Origin: Salinivirgaceae bacterium
GTDB taxonomy: Bacteria; Bacteroidota; Bacteroidia; Bacteroidales; SZUA-534
NCBI GenBank assembly: GCA_024405635.1
Contig: JAKSOL010000008.1
Coordinates: 1-64,000, forward strand
Length of the DNA: 64,000 nt
Direction: 5' to 3'
Below are positions 1 to 10,121 of this stretch, piece after piece; position 1 is the stretch's first letter, and every line of letters begins with the position of its first letter. The translations under genes were made by a program, and so were the position numbers. Below the pieces are notes generated by a model. That model ran no database searches. It saw nothing but the letters and a program-made list of their open reading frames with translations, and was not told the DNA's origin.

Positions 1-52
1 AGAAACATTAATAGTTTAAAATCCTTAGTTTTTTGAATAATGCACAATGGGT
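1..52. mobile_element. Probable end of an insertion sequence (IS982-like terminus), truncated by the window edge
   Basis: Minus strand reads ACCCATTGTGCATTATTC from base 52, exactly where the glycosyltransferase ORF loses GT-like sequence after KIDL. IS982-family IRs begin 5'-ACCC. The plus strand carries a short ORF end (ETLIV*). No transposase is visible in the window. Confidence 0.4.
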
Positions 53-400
53 TAGATCTATCTTTTGTGTTGTGACCAACTTTTCTACGAATTTACGAAC
101 ATCTCTATGCCACTCAGTATATTCCTTATAAAAAAGAAAATTACCTTTAGTTGAGTAGTCGTAATTTTTGCACACAAAAGATGGTTTTACAGCAACAAAC
201 TCAACATTCGGTATGGAATTCCGCGATGTCCATTCTTCCATTCGCTCAGTATTGCCTATTCGGTGAAAACCATCACAACAACCATATAACACAGTAAGGT
301 GATTATTCTTGCTCATGTGCGTTATATAGTCCCAAGCTACCGCAAATTCAGAACCTTTCCAATTGTTCAGCAGATAGGCTATTACAATTATATTTTTCAT
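8..400 (-). pseudogene. Glycosyltransferase (GT4-like) N-terminal fragment, truncated
   Basis: N-terminus MKNIIVIAY...GSEFAVAWDY is typical of CPS GT4 enzymes. It is only 130 aa, with a non-homologous tail after KIDL. Confidence 0.65.
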
Positions 401-409
401 GAGTATAGT

Positions 410-1528
410 TTATTCAATTAAAGATCTCAAAATTGTAGTGGATTTACTCCTCTCTTGCCTTAATATCATATTGACAGCATCATACTCTATAGGATGACTT
501 GTAATGGCTTCATAATCTTCATAATCTGAAACAATACGGTTTTTAAGATTAGTAAGTTCCAAGATACTCTGATTTCTTGCACTTGTTGCATTTAATGGCA
601 GTAATTCCACGAACTGTACATTTAAGTTGATTGCGAAACATGTACCATGGAAAGAATCTGTCAGCATATAGGTAGCATTCTTGATAAGAGCAAGAAATTC
701 ACTAACATCTGGACAACAGATAAACCTTCCACCATTGTGTGCCTGATGAAGGAAAGGGTTAACTCTTATAAGCTCCATATTGTGAGCCTTTGCAAATCTA
801 AGGGCGTAAGCAGAATGCTCGGGATAATTGTGGATAAGGTATAGCAGAATATATTTTTTACCTCTATATTTATCGTCAGTGTTCTTGGTTATTAATATTT
901 TTCCCCATTCCTCCTTATTCAGCAGAAGAGTAGGATCAAGAACCTGACCAACACAATTTGAGAGTCCCCAGTCCTGCATCATCATTACTGCAGAATCTTC
1001 TCTTACAGCTATCTTATCATACTTCGAAAGCATCTCTTTATATGCCTTTTCTGTATCAGCATCAAACTTGGTTTTTCCAAAACTGCCTGCATACGACACT
1101 TTCTTTCTGCCGTCCTTCACAAAGTCAAGGAAATAAGCTTTGTCATAATGCCCATTCATAGTTGGCCCCCAAACCTGATCACTGCCGGTCATGTATAAAT
1201 CAGCATCCAAATCACGTAAAGATTCATAACAACTGATACGTTTTGTCATTTTTAGCCAACGTTTACGCATCTTGTCGAACTTTACTTGTGCATACTTTTC
1301 TATCGGGTAACGTATAAGTATGTATGCAAGTTTCTTTAAAGGGTTGCTAAATCTAGCCTTTTGTTGCAACTGAGTCAGCACCATAGACAAACCTCTTTCG
1401 TCTTTTCGCTGGTAATCTATGATCTTAGCTGTATGCCCTAAGTTCTCCAACGCCTTAATAGTCGCAATGCTTTGCAACAAAGAACCATAATTAGACGGCC
1501 CATGACGGGTAATTACCTTTATATTCAT
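410..1528 (-). CDS. Polysaccharide pyruvyl transferase family protein
   Basis: NYGSLLQ, GSDQVW, SYAGSFG, VRE, DPTLLL and TDSFHG motifs. Confidence 0.9.
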   Translation of the reverse strand: MNIKVITRHGPSNYGSLLQSIATIKALENLGHTAKIIDYQRKDERGLSMVLTQLQQKARFSNPLKKLAYILIRYPIEKYAQVKFDKMRKRWLKMTKRISCYESLRDLDADLYMTGSDQVWGPTMNGHYDKAYFLDFVKDGRKKVSYAGSFGKTKFDADTEKAYKEMLSKYDKIAVREDSAVMMMQDWGLSNCVGQVLDPTLLLNKEEWGKILITKNTDDKYRGKKYILLYLIHNYPEHSAYALRFAKAHNMELIRVNPFLHQAHNGGRFICCPDVSEFLALIKNATYMLTDSFHGTCFAINLNVQFVELLPLNATSARNQSILELTNLKNRIVSDYEDYEAITSHPIEYDAVNMILRQERSKSTTILRSLIE

Positions 1529-2724
1529 ATTATGTTCTTTAATATTTTATCTCTTTTTTTCGGAATGACTTTATTTAATACTCTATAAAAAATAAATGGC
1601 ATTCGCGGAGTTAATTCAAGTATTCTTTCTATGAATCGCCTTTGTTTTATCTCTGCATCACCTGCAGCCTTAATAATAGCAGAAACCTCATCACCCTTGA
1701 AGTAGGGCACCAATGCACGTTTTCTCCATATGTCCCCTTCTCCTAGAGCTGGTCGTACCTCTTCGTAAGTTTTAGGTTCAGCCACAAGATTAGGAATACT
1801 CTTAATGAGATTCGCACCATTATACGTGTGGATAGTCACCAGCGTTTCTCCTAGATCATTTTGCGTACGAATAGCCCAAGGGTCCATTAAGGTAATGTCG
1901 GCCCCCACCTCCATACCGAACGGGTCTCCACAGATGTCACAACCAGGGACACACCACAATCTTCTTCCAAAAGGCAAACCGGCCGCCTTCTCCCATGCTA
2001 TGGACTTATCATTAATCCTCACGACTCCCGGCCAGCCAGTTCCACGATATTGGGATTTGAAGGTGTATGGTGCTTCCACACTCGTTCCAAGAAGTTTGGA
2101 TAGGAATTTTGTAGAACCAAGAGTCTTCTGTTGCTTGCAGAAGATACATACTTTTATTAGTTCCTCATATTTACCCTTTAGCGCCTTTTCGAGTGCATAC
2201 AACTGGCAACTAGTACCAACGAGCATCAATCGTTTTACCTTCTGGACTTTCCCTATTTCTGTACATGCCATTATAGAGTGATATACAGAGTTGGGAATAT
2301 CATCGTAAGTTGGGATATTGTCTTTTGTATAAAACTCACCAATAGCAGAAGGATATTGATCAAGTTTTCTCAAAGAATAAACTCCATCAACAAATCCACT
2401 TTTCAAACTCTCAATAATAATTGTTTTACAAGCTCCCCCCGAGGAACAATTATGTCGGATGGTTAAATCCTCATTATAAGCAAGAAAATATTTTTCCCGT
2501 TTAAAGTTTAAAAGATAATCTTTTTGCAAAGAACGATTCGCGGGACAAACATTAACACATTTACAACAAGCTACACACTTGTCAGAATCAATCATAATAT
2601 TTTTTGTTCCGTCTTGTCTATTATAAAAAGAAATTGCCTCTTTGTGGCAGATAGAAAGACAGCCCCCACATTGTTGGCAATAGTTATATAAAAACTTTAC
2701 ACGACCTTCAGATACTTTCAACAT
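1525..2724 (-). CDS. Coenzyme F420 hydrogenase/dehydrogenase beta subunit (FrhB)-like 4Fe-4S protein of polysaccharide loci
   Basis: Two ferredoxin motifs (CQQCGGCLSIC, CVACCKCVNVCP), plus SSGG, VGTSCQ and CDIC; overlaps the downstream gene by 4 bp. Confidence 0.85.
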   Translation of the reverse strand: MLKVSEGRVKFLYNYCQQCGGCLSICHKEAISFYNRQDGTKNIMIDSDKCVACCKCVNVCPANRSLQKDYLLNFKREKYFLAYNEDLTIRHNCSSGGACKTIIIESLKSGFVDGVYSLRKLDQYPSAIGEFYTKDNIPTYDDIPNSVYHSIMACTEIGKVQKVKRLMLVGTSCQLYALEKALKGKYEELIKVCIFCKQQKTLGSTKFLSKLLGTSVEAPYTFKSQYRGTGWPGVVRINDKSIAWEKAAGLPFGRRLWCVPGCDICGDPFGMEVGADITLMDPWAIRTQNDLGETLVTIHTYNGANLIKSIPNLVAEPKTYEEVRPALGEGDIWRKRALVPYFKGDEVSAIIKAAGDAEIKQRRFIERILELTPRMPFIFYRVLNKVIPKKRDKILKNII

Positions 2725-2726
2725 AA

Positions 2727-3779
2727 CTACTTATGTGCCAATATTTTGTTATACATATTTAAGTATTTATCGGCAGTAATTCTTACATTAAAATTCTCAT
2801 ACACATAAGTACACGCTTTTTCCAATCTAGTAATGTCGGTATCACGATTATAAATGTCATATAATTTTTTACATAAATCAGACACATCACCAGTAACAAA
2901 GACATCTGCTAACTCTCCATCTTTTATTACCTCTAATGGCCCTTTTTGATCAGACGTGAGTACAAGAACCTTTGCAGCCATCGCCTCAACAATAGACAAT
3001 CCAAAGCCTTCGTTTCTAGAAGCAAGTATAAATAAATCATAATCACATATATGATCATATATATATTCTCGTGATTTATTACCCATCATAAAAACATGAT
3101 CTTCCAGATGTTTGTCATGAATCAAACTTGTCAGATATTCCTCAGATTCTCCTCCTCCAATAATTGTATAAGTAATATTAATTTTAGGATTATCAGATAT
3201 TAGGCTACTAATAGCATCAATAACCAAATCCTGCCCCTTAACTTTATGTTGTAACCGGCTAACTTGTACAATATTTAAGGCTTCGCCTCTTAAGCGAAAG
3301 GTTTTCTTTTTTAAAACCTTATCCACATTTATACCATTATAAATGGTTTCAACTAAATATTTCGGATTTTGTGACAACGTGTAATTACGAACAGATTCGG
3401 AAATTGAAATTAAAGCATCCATTTGACAATAGTCTGCATTGTCACTCATACAACTATGAATCGTTCTCACAAATTTCCCTTTCACCCAAATCCATTTTTT
3501 CAATAATGGCATATGAAGATGTATAATATCCGGCCTTTCACAAAAAAGGACAAAATTCATTTTTAAAAAGGGTAATGGATTTTTACTGCCCAATTCTCTT
3601 TTATAAAGGTGGATCTCTACATTTTTTGGTATTCTATTAAGAATATCAATGTTTATAAGGTTGTTTATAACATGCAATGATATTGTATTACCTAAAATAG
3701 ATTGGTAATGGATAATATCAGTTAACATGTTTTCCGTTCCACCATTTTCAAATCCCCAAACGATATGAGCTACTTTCAT
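2727..3779 (-). CDS. Glycosyltransferase family 4
   Basis: GGTEN, IYNGI, KGQD and EGFGLSIVEAMA motifs. Confidence 0.9.
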   Translation of the reverse strand: MKVAHIVWGFENGGTENMLTDIIHYQSILGNTISLHVINNLINIDILNRIPKNVEIHLYKRELGSKNPLPFLKMNFVLFCERPDIIHLHMPLLKKWIWVKGKFVRTIHSCMSDNADYCQMDALISISESVRNYTLSQNPKYLVETIYNGINVDKVLKKKTFRLRGEALNIVQVSRLQHKVKGQDLVIDAISSLISDNPKINITYTIIGGGESEEYLTSLIHDKHLEDHVFMMGNKSREYIYDHICDYDLFILASRNEGFGLSIVEAMAAKVLVLTSDQKGPLEVIKDGELADVFVTGDVSDLCKKLYDIYNRDTDITRLEKACTYVYENFNVRITADKYLNMYNKILAHK

Positions 3780-4585
3780 TTTTTATCTAGTTGAATATCA
3801 TATCCTTCCTTACGTAAACGAGACACTTCTATATTGCGACTTTTCTCTTCACTCATCAAATGTTTCTTAACCCAACGTTTAACATCAACCGTAAAGAACC
3901 ACCATTCAAGTCTTAGTTTTTTCTTCCAATTATTATTGTCCCCCCTAATCTTTAAACTTTCTCTTTGCGAACGCTTATAATTAACATTTGATGTACCATC
4001 ACAACAGTCAAAATTAGCAACGAGTATAGGTATGTATTGGAACTTTACGTGATTCTTTAGAACTGCTTGATAAAAGAAATTATAATCTGCAGAAGATTTA
4101 TATTGAAGATCAAATAAATTTAACTTATGGTAACTTAATTGAGTAAAAGCTGCTTGATGATAAGCAGGCATACGCTCTGAAGCTTTTTCAATAGATGGAG
4201 GGCAAGCGCGATATCTATAACCTTTTGCGATTTTCATTATGTCACCATGCGCTACAATTGTATCATCTTCTATTTGTTCTACTATGCGTCGAATTACATC
4301 ACTTGCACAAAAACTATCACCAGCATTCATAAAGTTAATATAATCGCCAGTTGCAACCATTATAGCTTTATTCATAGCATCGTATAATCCATTATCTGGC
4401 TCACTTACCCAATAAGTTATATTCTCTGCATATTTTTTAATAACATCAATAGTCCCATCGATACTAGCTCCATCTATTATAATATATTCAATATTAGGAT
4501 AATCCTGACATATCACCGAGAGGATGGTTTCTTCTATAACTTTAACACAATTATATGTGACTGTTACTACTGTGATTTTTTTCAT
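3776..4585 (-). CDS. Glycosyltransferase family 2
   Basis: TVVTVTYN, IIDGASIDGT, SEPDNGLYDAMNK and MNAGD motifs; ATG start at 4585 preferred over the TTG at 4612. Confidence 0.9.
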   Translation of the reverse strand: MKKITVVTVTYNCVKVIEETILSVICQDYPNIEYIIIDGASIDGTIDVIKKYAENITYWVSEPDNGLYDAMNKAIMVATGDYINFMNAGDSFCASDVIRRIVEQIEDDTIVAHGDIMKIAKGYRYRACPPSIEKASERMPAYHQAAFTQLSYHKLNLFDLQYKSSADYNFFYQAVLKNHVKFQYIPILVANFDCCDGTSNVNYKRSQRESLKIRGDNNNWKKKLRLEWWFFTVDVKRWVKKHLMSEEKSRNIEVSRLRKEGYDIQLDKK

Positions 4586-4633
4586 TGACTTAAAATCTAC
4601 GCTTTTCTTCAAACATTAGCTGAATACTTGTTC

Positions 4634-5926
4634 TTATTCAACACAATACGTTTCTTGTTCTTCTACCTTTGACATTACTCCAAGTAAAATACAAATTACA
4701 AAATAACTATCTGCTTGCTCAAAAAAAGCGCTTGAAAAAGATGCTATAAAATAAAATAGCGCAATTGGCGCCATAACAATATATTCATCTTTTCGTTTTA
4801 CAGAATTCGCAAAGAGAAGTATATAGAAATACAAGTATAATAATATACCCACAAAACCATAACGTAATGTGATTGGCACCCATGTAATATCGCCACTTTC
4901 AATCATGCACATTTCATAAATTTGATTGCTCGTTCCTAGATAAAAATTGAATATATTATTAGGCGACCCTTCATGTATTGCACCTACACCAAAAATTATT
5001 TTATCTGGATTATCCCAAAGATATTCTACCCGTTCTGCCAACATAGACAGTCTATAAGCAAAAGTGCCATTTTCTGCATTAATATTGCTTTTTGGATTAA
5101 GAAAATCACCAGATAGAATATTCTCCATATCTCTATGACTATCTGCTTTTGAAAATGAGTCTTTCTTGTCTATTGCATTCAAAATAATAGGTAATACTAC
5201 AATAGCAATTGTCGCATACCTTAGGACCAGTTTTCTATCTGTCCTTTGGAGAAATAATAGAAGCCCAGCACAAATAACAAAACCGTAAAGCCATGTGCGC
5301 ACAAATGATAAAATAAGAATACCTAGAAAAAACACTAAAAAAATATTCTTATATCTAATGTTAATATATTTTGTCAAACAACAGAATATAAAAACAAAGG
5401 TAAACACAGGCAAGGTACATGAATATACATTCTCTTTATCCAATGGATGAACATTTGGTAAAAAATCTACTCCTACAAACTCAAGATAAAAAAAAACGCC
5501 ATCTACAACTGTAATAACAAACGCCACCTTAAGAAATTTAGAAATCGCCGCAAATGGAATAGTTCGTATCACAAACATAAATGATATCAATGCTGGAATG
5601 CGTAACACCTTAAGAGTAAAGCTTATACTTTCAGCTTTAATAACAATGGTATATATAAATTGAAAACATATATATAACAATATTAAAACACTATACTTAT
5701 AATATTTATCTTTTGGTATACTAGAAATTATATTAATGTTCAACATCAATATGGCAAATGTGCATACAAGCGCCACATCTGTTGGCCTTATACCTTCGAG
5801 TTCCGATGGAAAAAACATAAACATGTTTGTAAACAAAGCCATAAAGCACATTAAACAGGAAACAAACCTCCTACACTGATATGCAATAATGGCGATGATA
5901 CCTATTATTAAATATACTGCTGTCAC
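4634..5926 (-). CDS. Probable O-antigen/capsule polymerase (Wzy-like)
   Basis: 430-aa polytopic membrane protein with a large periplasmic loop (GTFAYR...IFGVG) inside the polysaccharide locus. Confidence 0.65.
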   Translation of the reverse strand: MTAVYLIIGIIAIIAYQCRRFVSCLMCFMALFTNMFMFFPSELEGIRPTDVALVCTFAILMLNINIISSIPKDKYYKYSVLILLYICFQFIYTIVIKAESISFTLKVLRIPALISFMFVIRTIPFAAISKFLKVAFVITVVDGVFFYLEFVGVDFLPNVHPLDKENVYSCTLPVFTFVFIFCCLTKYINIRYKNIFLVFFLGILILSFVRTWLYGFVICAGLLLFLQRTDRKLVLRYATIAIVVLPIILNAIDKKDSFSKADSHRDMENILSGDFLNPKSNINAENGTFAYRLSMLAERVEYLWDNPDKIIFGVGAIHEGSPNNIFNFYLGTSNQIYEMCMIESGDITWVPITLRYGFVGILLYLYFYILLFANSVKRKDEYIVMAPIALFYFIASFSSAFFEQADSYFVICILLGVMSKVEEQETYCVE

Positions 5927-6068
5927 AATATTCCTTTTTTGAATTTTTCAATCACCTCACACATTTGTTTCCTAATGAGTGTATTTTTAATAACACTATA
6001 TTGTATAGGAAATATATCGTTAATAAAATAGCGACTATATTCTGTATTATTCTACCATATCAGTAATA

Positions 6069-6761
6069 CTACATATCTTCCTTTTTTGAAAAATATTCTA
6101 TGAACCCATCCATATCGCACATTAATTCCCAATTTTGGCGAAACCAAGAGATTGGAAAATTCCACCAATTAGATGCAATTAATAAATTCCTTCTTTCTTC
6201 TTCAAATCTATACTTTATATGTTTTGCAGGTACACCACCAACAATACTATACGGTTCAACATCTTTGGTAACTACCGCCCCTGCCAATATAACAGCTCCA
6301 TCTCCAATTGTAATTCCTCCTACAAGAAAAGCATTTTGCCCTATCCATACATCGTTACCTATTATAGTAAGATCCTTTTCTTCTTGAAACATCATTTTTT
6401 TAGCAAAAGTTTCTCCACATTGCCTTCTCGTTGAATAAAACATTGGAGACATAGAAACAAATGGTTCATACAAAGGATGTACACCTTTGTTTGTTTCAAC
6501 ATGTGGTGCTATTGATGTAAATCTACCAATGTGCGCTTCAATCTTACAGTTATCCCCTATATATGTACCATATCCCATAGAACCAACAAACCAACAATCT
6601 TTACCTATTTTATTAGCCCCCTCAAAAGTAGACCTACTATCTATTTTTGATGAATATGCTACAATCAACTTCCCTCGCCATTTGTATCTGACAATAATAT
6701 ACACTAGGAAGTGATATATACGTGGCAAACAATTTCTAATAAACCTTTTTACAAATTCCAT
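6069..6761 (-). CDS. CatB/Vat-related hexapeptide-repeat O-acetyltransferase
   Basis: IGRFTSIA, IGNDVWIG, IGDGAVILAGAVVTKDV and GGVPAK motifs. Confidence 0.88.
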   Translation of the reverse strand: MEFVKRFIRNCLPRIYHFLVYIIVRYKWRGKLIVAYSSKIDSRSTFEGANKIGKDCWFVGSMGYGTYIGDNCKIEAHIGRFTSIAPHVETNKGVHPLYEPFVSMSPMFYSTRRQCGETFAKKMMFQEEKDLTIIGNDVWIGQNAFLVGGITIGDGAVILAGAVVTKDVEPYSIVGGVPAKHIKYRFEEERRNLLIASNWWNFPISWFRQNWELMCDMDGFIEYFSKKEDM

Positions 6762-6886
6762 TTTTAACTATTTATCACTTGTATTAGATGTTAGACAAAG
6801 ACATCCATACCTATATGTAAATAACTCAACATAAACTTTATTTGAATTATAAAAAAAATAGAAGTTTAATAGCTATTATTCTCATT

Positions 6887-8236
6887 TCATTCCAACCACA
6901 CCCCTACTGCTGTTTTATTCAAGAGTTTTTTCACTTGTATACTCATTACAGTAGCATAAAGCACATTAATAACTATAAGAGATAACAATACTCCATATGC
7001 CCCGACATATTCACCTAAAAAAAGAGACAAAGGTATATGAGCGAACAAACCAACAAGTACTAAATACGACTCCACCTTTATCTTACCCATTCCGACTATC
7101 AATGTACCATTAAGATTCATCCAACAATATACTGAAACATATAAAGCGACCAAACCAGTCATAGCAAATGGTATACTGACCTTATTTCCTATCCATAAGT
7201 CATATATAAAAGGAGATAACAAGGTAATAATAATACACCCAAATAATGATATCAGAAGAATCGTCTGCATCTTCTTTCTCATATTTTTCATCCATTCATA
7301 GTCTTCTCGCGCGTAAGCATCAGTGTATGCTGGCCAAAGGGGAGCTGTAATAATATTATACATCATCATAGCTACACTGAGTAGCTTGTACGCAATGTTA
7401 TAAGCAGTAACCTCATTAGGAGAAGAAACGTTAGATATAAGAATATTGGTACTTTGATATAACACAACTACTTGAATGTTAATAATGAAAAATTTATACC
7501 CTAATCCGAACAATTCTTTTACGTATGATCTATTTATTGTAGCAAAACTTGGGGCAACTTTCTTAAACTTCCCACTAAACAAAACAAATGAGGCAATTAT
7601 TGTAACCAAAATGGGCATGGCAGCCAATGAGAACGCCAAGGCAATAAGCGATGGGGGGCAAGTTTTAGTCAATATGTAAATAATAACCAACGATATAAGG
7701 TTTCCAATAGGAATAAATGTATTTGATAGAGCCACCTTTTGAAAAGCCGCCACCACCGAAACCAACACATTAACCACCATCTGCAAGCATGCCATTGTTA
7801 TAAGAATGTGCATAGTGCACACAATGTCATCAGAGCATTGTGTGCTAACATTCAAAAGCGAGCACCAATCTACCAATGGTATAACAGCCTCCAACACCAA
7901 GCAAACCGGCACAAAAATCAAAACCATCATAAAGTATGTGGTAGAAACCAGCGCTTTGCCCTTTTCCCAATCATCGTGTGCTATGGCTTCAGTAAGCTTG
8001 TTTTTCAAACCTTGCGAGAAGCCAATATCAAGGAAGCACAACCAAGTTAAAATTGAAGAAAGCGTAAGCCAAACACCATACAATTCAGAAGAAACATAAC
8101 CAATAGTAAGAGGCACAAGCGCAAAAGACACAAACATGCTAATGCCCTTTATGCCAAAAGAAGCAATAATATTCTTCTTAACCGTTGCTGAACGCTCAGA
8201 ACCAGAGTTAAGAAATATCGTTAATCTTTGTAACAT
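6887..8236 (-). CDS. wzx: Polysaccharide flippase (Wzx/MATE-like)
   Basis: About 12 TM segments; KNIIASFGIKG, YGVWLTLSS and DIGFSQGLKNKL motifs. Confidence 0.85.
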   Translation of the reverse strand: MLQRLTIFLNSGSERSATVKKNIIASFGIKGISMFVSFALVPLTIGYVSSELYGVWLTLSSILTWLCFLDIGFSQGLKNKLTEAIAHDDWEKGKALVSTTYFMMVLIFVPVCLVLEAVIPLVDWCSLLNVSTQCSDDIVCTMHILITMACLQMVVNVLVSVVAAFQKVALSNTFIPIGNLISLVIIYILTKTCPPSLIALAFSLAAMPILVTIIASFVLFSGKFKKVAPSFATINRSYVKELFGLGYKFFIINIQVVVLYQSTNILISNVSSPNEVTAYNIAYKLLSVAMMMYNIITAPLWPAYTDAYAREDYEWMKNMRKKMQTILLISLFGCIIITLLSPFIYDLWIGNKVSIPFAMTGLVALYVSVYCWMNLNGTLIVGMGKIKVESYLVLVGLFAHIPLSLFLGEYVGAYGVLLSLIVINVLYATVMSIQVKKLLNKTAVGVWLE

Positions 8237-8329
8237 ATTCTCCTCTCGTTCTTAATTCTTTACTACATTATTTTTTCCCGAATCATTCAGCATCATTTAC
8301 TTGCGTTTGTTCTTCAGTTTGAAAGTCCA

Positions 8330-8337
8330 CAAAAATA
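8330..8337 (-). promoter_or_regulatory. Possible Bacteroidetes -7 promoter element for wzx
   Basis: TATTTTTG (TAnnTTTG) about 95 bp upstream of the wzx start; no well-spaced -33 element. Confidence 0.35.
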
Positions 8338-8595
8338 AGTAATTATGTAACAAGCATAGCACTCACAACATTCTCTTTCTTGCTATGCGGTGCAATAGTT
8401 GGCAAAATTGCGTTTATTCAACATTGTCTTTTTTGGGGTAATACTTAAATACTCTTCATCCACCTAAACCTGCAATGCCTATTTGCATCTTGTTAACTTT
8501 ACAACAAGTTTAATCTTGACAAGCAATAAGCCAATCGTGCATTGATAAAGGATGTTGACAAAGTTGTTTGAGTCAAATAAAGCTTAGCTTATAAG

Positions 8596-8630
8596 TAAAA
8601 AGGCCGTCTCATATTTAAGACAACTTTTTA
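8596..8630 (-). terminator. Probable intrinsic terminator downstream of the truncated wzx
   Basis: Minus strand GTTGTCT-loop-AGACGGC stem (G-U pairs) followed by CTTTTT. Confidence 0.45.
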
Positions 8631-8831
8631 TTTATGCTCTTATTACAAGATTGCTACTATGGTTGGGCAAAACAATTAAATAAACACATACACAGTTCAT
8701 ACTCTCACTAATAAATCCTACGGGTTTTGTTCGCGTTTGCTACGTGTTTTATATAAAAAACACTTTCTTCCTGTATGTGTTCTTTGTAAAAAACACTTTT
8801 TTGTAAAAAAAGACTGCAAACAATGGACAAA

Positions 8832-9008
8832 CTATTCGAGAGACACGACAGCTCCTACTACATTATAAATACCCATATCTACAACGCCAAGAACCTGCAA
8901 TACTGCCCTTGTCGTATAGAATGATACTCCTAGAAGGAATATCATTCTTAAGTATAACATCGCTGTATTCTTCGCAATTCTTTTATTATTAGTAGTATTA
9001 TCTGACAT
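8832..9008 (-). pseudogene. Truncated second polysaccharide flippase (N-terminal 58 aa only)
   Basis: MSDNTTNNKRIAKNTAMLYLRM...LGVVDMGIYNVVGAVV is the typical Bacteroidales flippase N-terminus, followed by an immediate stop. Confidence 0.8.
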
Positions 9009-9170
9009 TATTATTCTTTTAGTGCATCTATTGAATGTTATAATAATCGTAGATTCAATAAACAATGCAATTTTAAAAATAACGATTAAAGAATTCACTA
9101 TAGGTAGCAGAAAAAGCGCCTTTAGTTCAGCGTAATCTCCCCCCTCGTCACCCTGATAAAAATCAAAAAT

Positions 9171-9365
9171 CACAGAAGTATCAGAGAAATATCGTTCATC
9201 TTCTTCCGCCACCTTAGAGCAACATACATCTATCACACATCCATAATAGAATCATCGGAGAAACATAAGAGAAATATAATAGAACTATCGGAGAATATCA
9301 TAAAACTATCAGAGAGCATCACAGAATTATCGGAGAATTATCAAAGAAAATAGCAGAGAAATTAC
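9171..9365. repeat. Degenerate ~21-bp repeat cluster (AGAAYTATCGGAGAA-like)
   Basis: atagaactatcggagaatatc (9279), ataaaactatcagagagcatc (9300), acagaattatcggagaattatc (9321), with related copies at 9171 and 9246. Confidence 0.7.
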
Positions 9366-9547
9366 ACCACAACGGCAACTCCACACAAACGAGCACAACC
9401 AAACCACAATCAAACCACAATCAAATTATAAATATAAATCAAATATCACTAATACATTCAAAACCCAATCCCAACCCTACCAACAAAACAATAATTAACA
9501 CAAGTGAAAAATAAACAAGGAATGTTTATAAATTGTCAATTCGATTG

Positions 9548-9579
9548 TTTGCAGATTGTTTCGCTTTTTCATATATTTG
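9548..9579 (+). promoter_or_regulatory. Canonical Bacteroidetes sigmaA promoter
   Basis: TTTG (9548-9551), N20, TATATTTG (9572-9579). Confidence 0.75.
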
Positions 9580-9726
9580 TGCTGTAACATTACAATAAAA
9601 GCAAAACATAAAGAAAAGTTAAACAAACTTAAAAGAAAGTTAAACTGAAGTTAAAAAGGAGTTTAAAAATTGAAAGAAACATACGACAATACAAAACTAA
9701 ACGAACCAATAAATAGAGTTATAAGC

Positions 9727-10116
9727 ATGATTGAGATAATACAAACCGACAACTACAAACTTAAACTCAGAGCCTCAATACAATCAACAGGCCGCCTCGG
9801 TTTCACCGAAGAAACAATAAAAAGCCTCGAACTATGCGAAGGCAAATACGTGCGCTTCGGCAAAGAAGGAAACATGTTCTATATGTCAATCCACAATTCT
9901 GAAGTAGAAAACTCCTTTCCCGTAATAAAATACGGCAAATACTTCTACATATCAACAAAACTCATGTTCGACGATCAAAAAATCGATTATAAGTCCAAAA
10001 CCATCCTATTCGACTTAGCTCGCTACACCGATGGCGATACCGTTATGGGCGGCGCAACCTATCGAATGGAAATGCGTATTTTGGATAAAAAAAGAAAGGA
10101 GGCCGCCATGAGCTAG
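9727..10116 (+). CDS. Hypothetical protein (possible small swapped-hairpin-type DNA-binding protein)
   Basis: Clean ORF behind a canonical promoter; ATG 9727 (MIEII) preferred over TTG 9670; the LRASIQSTGRLGFT N-terminus loosely suggests an AbrB/MraZ-like fold. Confidence 0.65.
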   Translation: MIEIIQTDNYKLKLRASIQSTGRLGFTEETIKSLELCEGKYVRFGKEGNMFYMSIHNSEVENSFPVIKYGKYFYISTKLMFDDQKIDYKSKTILFDLARYTDGDTVMGGATYRMEMRILDKKRKEAAMS

Positions 10117-10121
10117 TAACG

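Noticed and set aside
9009-9236. N-terminal extension of the 8832-9236 ORF
   Set aside because: Flippase similarity starts at the ATG at 9008; the extension runs through repeat-containing non-coding DNA.
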